Positions 27,431 through 39,459 of a DNA stretch of 64,000 nucleotides are shown piece by piece. The number at the start of each line of letters is the position of its first letter. Position 1 is the first letter of the stretch. The position numbers and the translations under genes were made by a program. Origin of the DNA: Macrostomum lignano (taxonomy: Eukaryota); NCBI GenBank assembly GCA_002269645.1, contig NIVC01002234.1, positions 45,702-109,701 of the forward strand, given 5' to 3'. A model generated the notes under the pieces. The model worked only from the letters and a program-made list of their open reading frames with translations. It was not told the origin of the DNA and ran no database searches.

Positions 27431-30076
27431 TTAATTAGTTGTTTAAATTAAACTAATAATTTTTTTTAATTGCCTTGTCTGAATATGCTAGTGAAAAACA
27501 TGCAATAAATTTAATTTTATTTATGAAAAAGCTGAGGTTACTTAAAAGTTCAAGATTGAGACCAATTCAAGAATAATAATAAGCCAAATTTTAAAAAGTG
27601 TAACAAGGTTATTATGCCTAATGTTATTTTATTTATTATTATATAGATTAATCATTTAGATAAAGACTGAAGCCTTTGGTGATAGCTGTTTTGATAATAA
27701 ACAAAAAATTCTTTTGTTACTGTTTATTATTATTTATTAATAAAACTCAAAGGCTTTAGTTTTTTATCTTAAGCACTATGATCCTTTTGCTAAAATTTTC
27801 AGCTAATATTTTGATTAACTTTTTAGTTAACTAATTTCTATGCCTAAAGTCATTTTAGCATTTTTATGCCTTATTTTTTATTTATAATAAATAATAAATA
27901 TAATACAGCTAAAATAGCCAAAACCTTTGCAACAATGCTTAAAAAGTCAGTCTTAGGCCTAAACTGCATGTGGGGCAATAGAAAACATTTTCCTATTTTT
28001 GCACTTGAAATAATACTATTAACTTTTACTCTAGTAGTAAATATAATTTAGCATATTATATTTGTTTTTTAACTAGGAGCAACAAAGTTAATATGTTAAA
28101 AAAGCAAAAAATAATGAAAACTTGTCAAAATTTCAAATATAGCTTAATATAATAAAATATAAGTTAATTACTGAAAAAAAATTATTGTTGACTTCAAACT
28201 TTGACATTTTATGCTAGAACTTAGATAATTTTTTTTAATATTTAAAATATAAAAAATACCTTTTTGTAAGTGTCACAGTTTTTTGCAATTATTTTTAAGA
28301 ATATAATAGTTTGGTATTATCTTTAAAATTGCAATTAAAGCCAAAAAAATTATAATTTTTTCTTAATAACTGAATAACTAGCATTTATGCTTTTTGAATA
28401 CATATAGAAAAGTCATAGGATCCTAATTGAAATTTTTACAATTAGCAATGTCTATATTTAGTTATTTAAGATCATTTTAAATACATGCTTATGTTAAATT
28501 ATGCCAAATTTATGCCAGAACAAAATGTATATACTATATGTCAAACCAATTGTATACCCTTTAAAAATGTTGGCATGAATAATATCTTAAAGGGTATTAT
28601 GATTCTATATCATCCTAAGGCCACTGTCAATGTGTCCAATGTGTACTAGAGTTTTTTGGGCAAAAATTTAGGCATATACCAAGTATGCCAAAATAGGAAA
28701 TATGACTGTTATGCATACACATGCCAAAAATTTCAAATTATGAGATCTTACTTTTGCATTGCAATAATAAAAGACCCTTTTGTTGTTATAGTGACAATGA
28801 CATTTATATGTACATTATAACAAAATAAATGTTGTCTATTATTTCTTAATAAGAATATGCAATTATACAAAGTTCTATTACTTAAATTCCTTGAAATAGT
28901 ACTATCATATTCAATTAACTTTTTTGCACTTTAACTGTCTTTTAACACATTAACTGCCTACTTTTTTAATTTGAAATGTTCTACTTTTGTTATCCTATAG
29001 AAACTGATAGATACATAGTGTTCCATTGTAGCTATAGTTACGGCTATGGGATCCTATGGCAAATATGGTAAAATAGGTGCCTATGGCAGTTATAGATACG
29101 CCTATGGTAGCTAGCTGCTTTTATGGCTACGACTACAGAAATATGGTAGTTGTTGTCACATTCTGTAGATTCTCATAGCCATAGTTATTTATATTGAAAA
29201 ATTGAAAAAATATTAGAAACAAGTAGAGTAAAACAAAGATACTTTTAGTAAATCGTATTATCAACTTAGAAACTTTTAAAATATACCTAAAAAAGTACAA
29301 TAAAACACTAGCAAATTTTAATTTTTTAGTGTTTAAACAAAAGTGTCAACAAGGGCAATTGGGTGATTCTTTTATTTTCTGATTTTATTTGTAGTTGTTT
29401 AAGCACTAGGTTATCTTCTTGATTCAAAATATTTTGTTTTCTATACTTTTGTTAAAACTATGGCTATGGGAACTACGGGAATATGGTAATATTGGGGTCC
29501 TTACAGCTACAGAATATGGAGAATTGGAATAAGCCATAGTTTTGCTTATGGCTATGGCTACAGTACATAGACCCTCCTTACAGCAAAACACTAGATACTT
29601 ACAAAAAAGATACAAATATAACTTTTGAAGATTCAAGCATGCCAAATATATATGCTAGTAAATTATAAAGGGCTAATGTATGCCAGAAAATTTTAGTAAA
29701 TAGTATAGGACAACTTCCTGACTATGACCTTTAGGCAGTCAAATTAAAAGATAGGCCTTAAAAAATATTAAAATAAAACATACAATGCAAATGCATTACA
29801 ATAATAAAAAAGCATAAATAATTCAAGCTACTCTTTTATTATACTACTTTATATGATCAACTAGGCCTAGTAGTAATAATAGTAATATCTACTAAGTAGT
29901 AAGTAGTAGGGCCCCCTAGTAATAGCCAAATCTATAAAGAATTAATTTATAAAAAAATATTTGGTATTTTATCAAAAATATGAAATTGAAAGGGTCTATT
30001 GTTATTGATGCCATGCAGTAAAAATTAGCAAAAATTACAGCTATCTTATATTAGTTATAATCATATTCATACATGC

Positions 30077-30235
30077 GCAACCTTGGGAATCACCTGGCTG
30101 TTTCTAATGGCAACAGACATATGTAAGTTGCTATTGACTAAGATTTAAGAGCAGTCACGTGATTACTATTCCGTCCAATAGCAACTTACATGTGTGTGTT
30201 TCCAATAGAAACAGCCCAATGAATCCCTAGGTTGC
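30077..30235. mobile_element. Foldback/MITE-like element, ~60-bp imperfect inverted repeats
   Basis: 30077-30136 (GCAACCTTGGGAATCACCTGGCTGTTTCTAATGGCAACAGACATATGTAAGTTGCTATTG) pairs with 30176-30235 across a 39-bp spacer. Confidence 0.65.
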
Positions 30236-30484
30236 ATCCAAGCATGGTTATAATTCTTTTAAGAAAGTTGATCAACCTTTAAATAGTGGTTAACACTATT
30301 GCTAACTATCAATACTTTAATTAAAATATTACTTTTAAGCAGCTATTATTGTTATAGTAATTTGTAATCATATCAAAAAGCATAATTAGTTATTTTTTAA
30401 ACAACACAAAAAACAAATAGGCCTACTATCTAAATTACATACCAAAGTTGCTATGCAAATAATAAGAGACTACTAAATTTGAAA

Positions 30485-31084
30485 GATTTTGCCTTTGACA
30501 CCTTTGATGACCTGAGGCGTTGCCGTGGACTTGCTTGGGCAACCTTCAACTCTATGAGGACCATCCTGCACTCTGCAGCCCTGCCAGACTACCAGCGCTT
30601 GGCATTCTTCCAGCCCCAGGCGGTGATTGAGACTGTCCTGCTCTACAACGCTGAAACATGTACGCTGACAGAGATGCTTGAGCAACAGGTTGAAGCGGCG
30701 CACACCAGCTTGCTGCGGGCCAACTTCAAGATCAGCGGTGGCGAGCATGTCGTCACCAACGCGGCGCTATACACCCAAGCTCGCCTGGCCTACCCCAACA
30801 ATCTGCTTTGCCACTGGCAGCTCCAGCTGGCAGGCCACTTCATCCATGCTGAGGCATACTGCCCCGAGCTGGCGCAGGAGACGCTGCTGCTTGCGCTCTC
30901 GGCGCCCTTCTGGCAGGGGCAGGCACGCACTTGGCGGTATCTGGACTGCCTGCTGGCCAATGCTGGCGCCCCCAACCAGGCTGGTGGACCAGCCTTTCTC
31001 CACTCCTGTGCTCTGAGGCGCGACCTGTGACGCCCAAGGCCAACATCGACCCTGGGGCGTAGCTTGTTGTTGTTGTTGTTGTTG
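30485..31084 (+). mobile_element. 5'-truncated RTE-like non-LTR retrotransposon
   Basis: The translation resembles the post-RT region of RTE-clade LINEs (VLLYNAETCTLT, QLQLAGH, RYLDCL). It has a (GTT)n tail at 31063-31084, and the flanking TAAATTTGAAA is duplicated (30474-30484 and 31085-31095), consistent with a TSD. Confidence 0.82.
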
Positions 31085-32179
31085 TAAATTTGAAAAATAA
31101 TACAGGCCCCTTCTAAAGAAATTTGTTATTACTGTTAGAAATGTTTATACAATGGTAAATTCTAGTGGTTCTTGTCACCGAATTTAGCTAGCTTAGGCTT
31201 AACAAAATGACTCTAAAATAGCTGTTTTATGGTGACCATAAAAACAATCGAACAGCATATTATAGGTCCGCTGTTACATAGTTTGGCAGATGTATTTAAC
31301 TCAAAATCCCAATGTTATGCGATCAGGCGCCTAAAAAATCCTTGGCTCTTAGCTATTCCTTATTCTTGTCCGACCTGACAGTCTGAAACGCACTAGGTGT
31401 GCGCCGCGGCACCGCCTCGCTAGGGCCTAGGGCAGCCGGCCGGCACTGCCGTACTGCCGCACTGGTCTAGTTACCTAGCTAGTTATATTATTATATATGC
31501 ATGTGCACGCATATACATAATAAAATTATTTTAGATGTTTAAAACATGTAGAATACGCGCAAATAATTTCATCTATACCTCTCTGGTCACTACTACACCC
31601 AGTCTCGCTCCACGATTTGTGAGCAAAGTTGTTTGATTTCGAGGAACTTGAAATCTCTGCCTCTATTTTCCATAACTTGAAAAGGTGCGCACGATCTTTT
31701 GTAGCAGTATAGCAAATTGAATTTATTAGCAAGACACAAAATTATTAGGGGTCTACTTAAACAAATAAAAAACTTTTTTAATCTTAATATAAAACTTCTT
31801 TTAAAGCTTCAGTAGTCTTTTTAGCAAAGACTTTGGTTTTCTTGTGACTCATTTTGATAAAAAAACTTATTTGGCATGCAGTTTCGGAATGCGTTGGTAA
31901 TCAGGCGAAACTATATTTGGAATTTTGATTGCAAAAACTATCATTATATAATTGTCCTTATATAATTATATAATGATAGTTTTATATGATATATAAATTA
32001 TAATGTATATAATATAATATATATGTCCTGAGTAAAGGCAGAGATCGATGCCTGGCAAAACAGCTATGACCCCAGAGGGCCATGGTCACCGCTCTAATGT
32101 CCCTGCGGTTGAGTCCAAGCCTTGCGGAGGGCGGGGGAAGGACAGCCGCGTGGGATTGCCTGCAGTCGGGGGTTTTAGC

Positions 32180-32266
32180 CACCTCTCCCTAGCCTATCAC
32201 GCCCAGACAAATGGCCGATGTGAACGCCTGAAGCAGATCAGAGCTATGTTGTGGCGGCTCTGCTAA
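32180..32266 (+). mobile_element. Relic of an LTR-retrotransposon (Ty3/gypsy-like) integrase core
   Basis: AYHAQTNGRCER matches the YHPQxNGxxER motif that carries the integrase catalytic E. Only this short stretch is recognisable. Confidence 0.5.
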
Positions 32267-32872
32267 AGAAACAAAATAATGGACGAGCAAAATATTTTAC
32301 CCATTTGTGTTAAAAAGGTGCGAAATATTAGAATTTATTCAAGCATACATGTATGGTATTTTTAAGTTTTGAAGAGTTATAGTCCAGAGGGCAAGTCAAA
32401 GGGGCGTACATGAATTCGAATAGAGGAATGCAGCCTCTCAGAGCAAAAATCCAGAGTGTGCCTCCAATCCTAAAACACCTGCATGAAGTTGTTGGTTTGC
32501 GCGGTTCCTAGCCAATTGTATGTTTAGGTTTAGCTTGAGAGCATTAATGCGCATACAGGCCTCTTAAATATGGTAAATTTAAAACGAGTCAATTTGACTT
32601 TGAACAGTACAAGTAGCTCTTATATTATAGCGTATCATACTGTAACGCGTGGTACTGAACAGCAGAGTTCTTAACTCCAATGGTCCTTATAGTTTTTTGA
32701 CATTAGCTAAGTCCACAGAGCAAATAAATTGACACACGAAACCCTCAACGACAGGTGCATGGCCTTGGGAAACGAGATTTCAGTCTGCTGATGAATCGGT
32801 AAGTCTTTTCTGCGCGAAAAAAACGACTTTAATGTTAGAGTCAAACAATTTCCCGGAAATCTGCTTCTGTTT

Positions 32873-33737
32873 TTAAACATCTAGGACCGAGTTCCAAAAA
32901 TCGTTGCCAATCCACCAGCCGACATTGCCAAGCTGACTGGATGAGCAGGCATCGTTCGAACTGTCTCTGTCGTACGTTGAAAATGGAAAGCCTTTAACCG
33001 AAGCCAATAGATCGACAGTTGATCCATTGTTCAGTAGCATAGCGGTGTAGTTCAGAGCGTACCGTTTGGTAGGGGACGAAATTGAGAAGTGGGAATAAAT
33101 CAGCACTTGCTTCACAGTTTCGCTTATTTCAATTCTGAGATTCTTTCCATGTGAATAAGTTAGCGAGTGCAGAGCTGACAGGCCTGAAAGGTAATGTGAA
33201 GGATTGTTGCATATCAACTGCATTGTCCTGGTTTTCCAGTACCACCGATGCTTTTTCGGATTTTTCGGTTCTTTTGTATGTCGCTCGTATATTCTGTATG
33301 TTATTCAATACTGATAAAATTTGTATCGCAAATTGCTACCAACCACAAATCCTACACACAAGATCCAATGAACAGATTTTTTGTTAAAAGTCAATGCAGA
33401 AAGTCAGTTTATTAGTTATTTCCGTCTTTAGCTGTACTTTCCGTCATGGTGGTCTGTCTTTGTGCCTGTCTTATTGCATCTTGGTTGCCTGTACAAGTAT
33501 TAGCTAGTATTTCAAAATGTCGTGGTAGCTGTCCTTGTCTTAACTCTTACCAATCCAGTAGTCTGAACTGCAGTTGCCGAAGCCCGTCTCGTACGCAGTC
33601 CAATTCCTAGCAAAGCTGAGACTGCCACTCGCCCTGCGCTGCGCCAGTACATAGTTTCGTCCATCGATTGACACTTGGCAGAGAGTGCGGCCTTTGGTTT
33701 TTCGGGAAATTGAAACGTCAATGGAGACGACGAGCAA
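32873..33737 (-). CDS. Fibrinogen-related domain (FReD) exons, divergent and possibly disrupted
   Basis: The exon ending at 33551 (LCQVSIDGRNYVLAQRRASGSLSFARNWTAYETGFGNCSSDYWI G|GTAAG) joins in phase 1 to exon 33183-32873 (CAG|GC LSALHSLT...LRIEI...FSTYDRD...C...GWW). The in-frame TAG at 33740-33738 leaves the 5' boundary unresolved. Confidence 0.72.
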
Positions 33738-34331
33738 CTATCTTTTTTGTATTGTTGTAACCACAGTCTGGGCGCAGAAAGGCCATATTTCATTTTTTCG
33801 ATTCAAGTTTAAGCTCTGAAGAGAAGCTGAGATATCAAGGCTGACGGGGGGTATGGCTAAGATATCAAGGCTGAGAGATCAGAAGCTGCATTTAGTCTAT
33901 TCCATTCTTTGTGGGCGCTGATTGCTAGTTTTGCGCTAAACTCCGTTACCATGAGCATCATACACCGCTTCCTTATTCCCCCTTCGCCCACCTGAATACT
34001 TGCGCAACATCCTCTCTGTTTTCACTGAATGGCACGCGTGAAATCCCACGCACGTCCCGCGCGATTCTGCCCCACCTCATGCCCCTCCAAATCTTCATTT
34101 CCGGCACCCACCTCAGGCGTAATTTATTGTTTTCCGACAATTAATTTACATTCGCTCCTAATTTCCAATGCCAGACTCTCGCCCCCTGACTCACTGCATG
34201 CTGACCTGAATGCGTCCAACCTTCTCCAAATACTCAGTTTGTTTCATTTCCCCATAATAATAATAGTTACGCCCCACGCCAGCCACAGAAGTGGCCAAAA
34301 GGGGGGAGCGTCAAATCGCGCGTTTCAGAGC

Positions 34332-34445
34332 TAGGTCTCTAATGTGCTTCACACCGGCCGCCTGGCTGGGTGCTCGCGCATCTTCAAAAAGGCTGTCGAC
34401 GTAGCGGGCTGATCGTCCCTGGCCACGCCTGCGCGGTCCCTGCGT
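34332..34445 (-). mobile_element. Short RTE-like LINE 3' ORF fragment
   Basis: The minus strand reads GPRRRGQGRSARYVDSLFEDARAPSQAAG, which aligns by eye with PFWQGQARTWRYLDCLLANAGAPNQAGG in the 30485 element. Confidence 0.55.
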
Positions 34446-34624
34446 GTTTCATAAAAATATTCATATTTCCCCATGCGTCATATCTACTTTTAGCCTCAGG
34501 TACATGACGCCAGATAGTCGGGGACGAATCTGAATCTGAGTTTGCTATAAAAACTACCGTGAGGGATGGTGTTGAACACGTCTGGACACCCTATACAAAC
34601 AATTAGGGGTTTGTGACTAAAATC

Positions 34625-35042
34625 TCGATCCCCATCCTGATCCCCATCCTGATCCAATTCTGATCTTCACCCTTATCCCCATCCTGATCCCTCTCTGATC
34701 CCCATCCTGATCCCCATCCTGATCCAATTCTGATCTTCACCCTTATCCCCATCCTGATCCCTCTCTGATTCTCATCCTGATCCCATCACCTATTATAGCT
34801 GATCTCCATACTGATCCACATCCTAATCGACCATCCTGATCGCCATCCTGATCTCCAATCTGATCCCCATCCTGATCCTCACCCTGATCCAAATCCTGAT
34901 CCCCATCCTGATACTCATCCTGATACTTATCCTGATCCTGATCCTGATCCTGATCCCCATCCTGATACTTATCCTGATCTCCATCCTGATCTCCATCCTG
35001 ATCCTCATCCTGATCTTCCTCCTGATCCCCATTCTGATCACA
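34625..35042 (+). repeat. (ATCCTGATCCCC)n 12-bp satellite, copy A
   Basis: Degenerate 6/12-bp period; same family as 35925 and 38326. Confidence 0.85.
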
Positions 35043-35258
35043 TCTATTGCATTATTCTCATCGCTCCCTGATTGTCATCGTTCACTCCTCCCTGATTCAC
35101 AAAACTTGGTCATCAGTCACACAGATTTGTGTCCTCCACAATATTGTTAAATACGATAACTTAATCGACCATAATTTTGCCAATAAACCTATAGTAAAAT
35201 ATCATAACATAGTAAAATATCATATCAAGCTGGATTATTGAATGCATAACAGTCTTAC

Positions 35259-35577
35259 CAGGTATAATTTTTCGGTACAGAGTGGAGCCATTCTTCAGAA
35301 CACAGTCAGTATAATTAGACAAAAGGCAAAGCCGATGTCTATCAGAGAAACTAAACGACTTGCAATCCACTCTACGAGAGCACAGCATCACGCAGTGCCC
35401 TACGGACTCAATGTTAAAATACGACCTATTGTCGCTCAGACAAAACCTTGGTGATTGAACCGGTTCAAAGCGAAGCCTATTGCCTGCTGTACCATTCGTG
35501 CAGCTGTCTTCAGACTGGCACTGGGACACACCGAGCGTCAAAGCTGTCACAAATACGAAGCAGGCAAGGCGAGTCAT
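35259..35577 (-). CDS. Signal peptide plus PAN/apple-like domain exon (probable first exon of the FReD gene)
   Basis: GCC ATG start and a hydrophobic leader (MTRLACFVFVTALTLGVSQC). The Cys pattern FC..SVGHCVMLCSRRVDCKSFSF....CLL is typical of PAN domains. Phase-1 donor CCT G|GTAAG at 35259. Confidence 0.72.
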
Positions 35578-35924
35578 GGCTGCCGGAATGTTTAAAAAAT
35601 TATTGTGACAACGGAGCTAAAGTTGGCTTGATCGAGCAGAGTTATAAAGATAAGCAGAGGAGTCTTTATTGGCTCCCAGTCGTGACAAATCGGAGAGTTC
35701 ATGGCCTGAGTTTTCTGTCCACGAAGCTACATTTGAGAAGCAAACTAGCTCGTATTTCAGTTTCAGTTTCAGGCAGTTTCAGGCTAGGATGGTTTAGGAT
35801 TTAAAAATGGAATCGAATTAAGCTACAGCTGCTAGCTAGGGATTTACTGTTACTAGAAGGGATATAACTGATCACTTGCTACTGAACTTGCTAGATTTGG
35901 ATGGACAGAAGAGTTGAGATCGGT

Positions 35925-36120
35925 ATGGGGATCAGGTAAGGAATCAAGGTACGTACATGTAAGGGATCATTATGGAGATTAGGATGGGGATTGGGATGGG
36001 GATCAGGATGGGGATTGGGATGGGGATCAGGATGGAGATCAGTATGGGGAGCAGGATGGGGATTAGGATAGGGATCAGGGTAAGGGATCAGGATAGGTAT
36101 CGGGGTTCGGATCAGGCTAG
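35925..36120 (-). repeat. (ATCCTGATCCCC)n satellite, inverted copy B
   Basis: GGGGATCAGGAT units on +. Confidence 0.8.
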
Positions 36121-36759
36121 ATGCATGTAGAGGCCACGGGATGGAGATCAGATTTGGCCAGCCAAATCTCTTGGTGATTCTTGGTAGGGAATCGTCCAGG
36201 GAAACAAAAAATAAATGAATTTTTTATGAACCATTGTACCCGGATGGGCGTATACTCCTGGATAAAAACTTTTTGGCGAAATTTGATATTGCTTTGACAT
36301 CTTTGTTAGAATAGGGTAACTCTCCACAAGCCTGCATCCGATCAGGGACTCTGCATCCTGCATATTCATATTGCACATGTGTCCCAGTACGGTGGATGGT
36401 TTAGGATAAGACTAGCAATCCTACCCCTCGTTGGGGAGGCAGCAAATAAAGAATAAAAATTGAATAAACTACATGTCTAGCATTTGACTTTGTACAGCAG
36501 CCATTGTTAGTCTCCCAAGGAAGTTTATGTTTGAAGCAAAATGCATCAGTTCTGATCTAGCCTAAGATATCAGCATCCCCTTTGAACTTTGGCATCAAAG
36601 CCTCCCTTTTAAACCATGGCTTAGCCCTAACTCTCCCTTTGATACCTGGCCTACCAAAAACTCCCAATTGACCTTTGGCATCTGAGCGATTGCCCACATT
36701 AACATTGACATCTCAGCAATTCCCCTTGTATCTCATAGTATTCAAGCAATACCCTATGA

Positions 36760-37560
36760 GCCTTGACATATCAGCAATACCCCATAAGCCTTGACATCTC
36801 AGAAATACCCTATGAGCCTTGACATATCAGCAATACCCCATGAGCCTTGACATATCAGCAATACCCCATTCCCCATGAGCCTTGACATATCAGCAATACC
36901 CAATGAGCCTTGACAGCTCAGCAATACCCAATGAGCCTTGACATATCAGCAATACCCCATGAGCCTTGACATATCAGCAATACCCCATACCCCATGAGCC
37001 TTGACATATCAGCAATACCCCATACCCCATGAGCCTTGACATATCAGCAATACCCAATGAGCCTTGACAGCTCAGAAATACCCAAATGAGCCTTGACAGC
37101 TCAGCAATACCCAATGAGCCTTGATAGCTCAGCAATACCCAATGAGCCTTGACAGCTCAGCAATACCCAATGAGCCTTGACAGCTCAGCAATACCCAATG
37201 AGCCTTGACAGCTCAGCAATACCCAATGAGCCTTGACATATCAGCAATACCCCATGAGCCTTGACATATCAGCAATACCCAATACCCCATGAGCCTTGAC
37301 ATATCAGCAATACCCAATGAGCCTTGACATATCAGCAATACCCCATGAGCCTTGACATATCAGCAATACCCCATTCCCCATGAGCCTTGACATATCAGCA
37401 ATACCCAATGAGCCTTGACAGCTCAGCAATACCCAATGAGCCTTGACAGCTCAGCAATACCCAATGAGCCTTGACAGCTCAGCAATACCCAATGAGCCTT
37501 GACAGCTCAGCAATACCCAATGAGCCTTGACAGCTCAGCAATACCCAATGAGCCTTGACA
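36760..37560. repeat. 28-bp minisatellite (ATGAGCCTTGACATATCAGCAATACCCC)
   Basis: Tandem units, with a degenerate left flank from about 36560. Confidence 0.92.
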
Positions 37561-37908
37561 TCTTAGAATTTCTACGAATGAACTTGAGCCACAGCACTTG
37601 CCACAGATATAATTTATGAGTACTCTAAGCTTTCTCAAAACCTTCACAGAACATCGCCGAAAATGCGCAGAGCATTGCGGAGTAAAAGAGTCGCACAAGA
37701 GGCAGTTATAAAGCAATGAATTTCTTAGTCAGTAAGTATCATTGTCTATTAAATTAACCTACATCGTTACCTATACAAAAAAAATTACGCAATCCTTGAG
37801 TTTTACCTTCTATTAGTGGTTTTTTAGAACACAATGAAAGACGTTTTTAACGAGAATATTGACTGTTGAAACTTCACTGGTGGAAAGCACGACAATAGGT
37901 GTTCTCAC

Positions 37909-37957
37909 CAAGGACTTCTAGACTAACTAGTCTAGACTTCTAGTCTAGAAGTCCTTG
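37909..37957. mobile_element. 49-bp miniature TIR element with an 8-bp TSD (hAT-like)
   Basis: Perfect 17-bp TIRs (CAAGGACTTCTAGACTA at 37909-37925; TAGTCTAGAAGTCCTTG at 37941-37957). GTTCTCAC flanks both sides (37901-37908, 37958-37965). Confidence 0.75.
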
Positions 37958-38325
37958 GTTCTCACACATTAAATAGAGAAAGTTGGAGCAGTTTTGTTTA
38001 CTAGAGACTCTTTTGCATATTTACCCATCGAAAGTAATGACAGGTAAAAGTTGCTGCTGGGTTCTTTGAGGAGGTTGAGCGTGATAGCTAGCTTTCATAT
38101 TGCACCTGACTTTTCTCCCAAGAGTCAGCAGCTAGCTTACGGAGTGATTTATTTTCAAAAAAAATCTGGCAGGGTATGACTTTGCACCTTTTTTCATAAG
38201 ATTATAACCCATTGTCTATGCAGTTGTTTGATTTCCCAAATTCACGCAAATGACAGGGCTATCGGTCTATCTTGCATGGCCCAAGAAGCCGCTCAAGAAG
38301 CCTGTAAGGGAATGGGATCCTGATC

Positions 38326-39050
38326 TTAACCCTGATCCAAATCGTGATCCCCATCCTGATCCCCATCCTTATTCCCATCCTGATCCTCACCTGATCCCCA
38401 TCCTTATCCCCATCCGGATCTTCACCCTGATCCCAATCCTGGTCCCCATCCTGATCCCCATCCTGATCCCCATCCTGATCCCCATCCCGATCTCCATCCT
38501 GGTCCCCATCCTGATCCCCATCCCGATCTCCATCCTGGTCCCCATCCTGGTCCCCATCCGGATCCATCCTGATCCCCATCCTGATCGCCATCCTGATCCC
38601 CATCCTGATCCCATCCTGATCCCCATCCTGATCCCCATCCTGATCCCCATCCTGATCCCCATCCTGATCCCCATCCTGATCTCCATCCTGATTCCCATTC
38701 TGATCTCCATCCTGATCCCCATCCTGATCTCCATCCTGATTCCCATTCTGATTCCTACGCTGATCCCCATCCTGATCCCCATCCTGATCCCCATCCCGAT
38801 CTCCATCCTGGTCCCCATCCTGATCCCCATCCTAATCCCCATCCGGATCCCCATCCTGATCCCCATCCTGATCCCCATCCTGATCCCCATCCTGATCCCC
38901 ATCTTGATCCCCATCCTGATCCCCATCCTGATCCCCATCCTGATCCCCATCCTGATCCCCATCCTGATCCCCATCCTGATCCCCATCCTGATCCCCATCC
39001 TGATTCCCATTCTGATTCCTACGCTGATCCCCATACCTCCATTCTGATCC
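38326..39050 (+). repeat. (ATCCTGATCCCC)n 12-bp satellite, copy C
   Basis: Long homogeneous run. The IPIL/GIRM ORFs are repeat translations. Confidence 0.93.
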
Positions 39051-39172
39051 TGGCCCTTAACTGTTACCTTATTCCGGATTCCTGGTTTGTCAACGAAGAC
39101 TTAGATTTGTACCAACAGATTAAGAAGTATTTTAGTTTGTTAGTTACTTTGAATAAGGCGCACAATAAATAT

Positions 39173-39459
39173 TATACTCAACAACATCAAAAAGTCGCCA
39201 TCTTTGAGAGTGCGCAGGAAATCCCAGCTCATTATTGACTTTTGAGTGACGCAACTTGCGCCACGCAAAGTTGGGCTGGGTGAGGAGGGATTGGGAAGAG
39301 CGGAGGGCGAGTATTGGATGGATTGAAGCTCGTGCCCGGCTTTCATTGTTTTTTCAAGCATTATTTAACATCAAAGTCGTTGGCCAGGTGATAGACACTG
39401 GTCGAAAGACACTGCTCACTGGGGCAAAGGGTGGCGACTTTTCAATGTTGCTGAGTATA
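39173..39459. mobile_element. ~285-bp MITE with ~28-bp TIRs (Tc1/mariner-like, TA ends)
   Basis: TATACTCAACAACATCAAAAAGTCGCCA (39173-39200) versus the reverse complement of 39432-39459 gives 3 mismatches in 28. Confidence 0.65.

Noticed and set aside
31020-31084. LINE 3' end as the mobilising partner of the SINE
   Set aside because: No visible similarity to the SINE 3' end, and the tails differ (GTT versus ATT).
31379-31470. GC-rich island as a transposon end or the RhoA first exon
   Set aside because: Only a 4-bp terminal inverted match, no TSD and no convincing donor.
36148-36378. 76-aa minus-strand ORF
   Set aside because: Short, AT-rich, with no recognisable motif or supported splice partners.
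38250-39047. IPIL / GIRM hydrophobic ORFs
   Set aside because: Translations of the 12-bp satellite.
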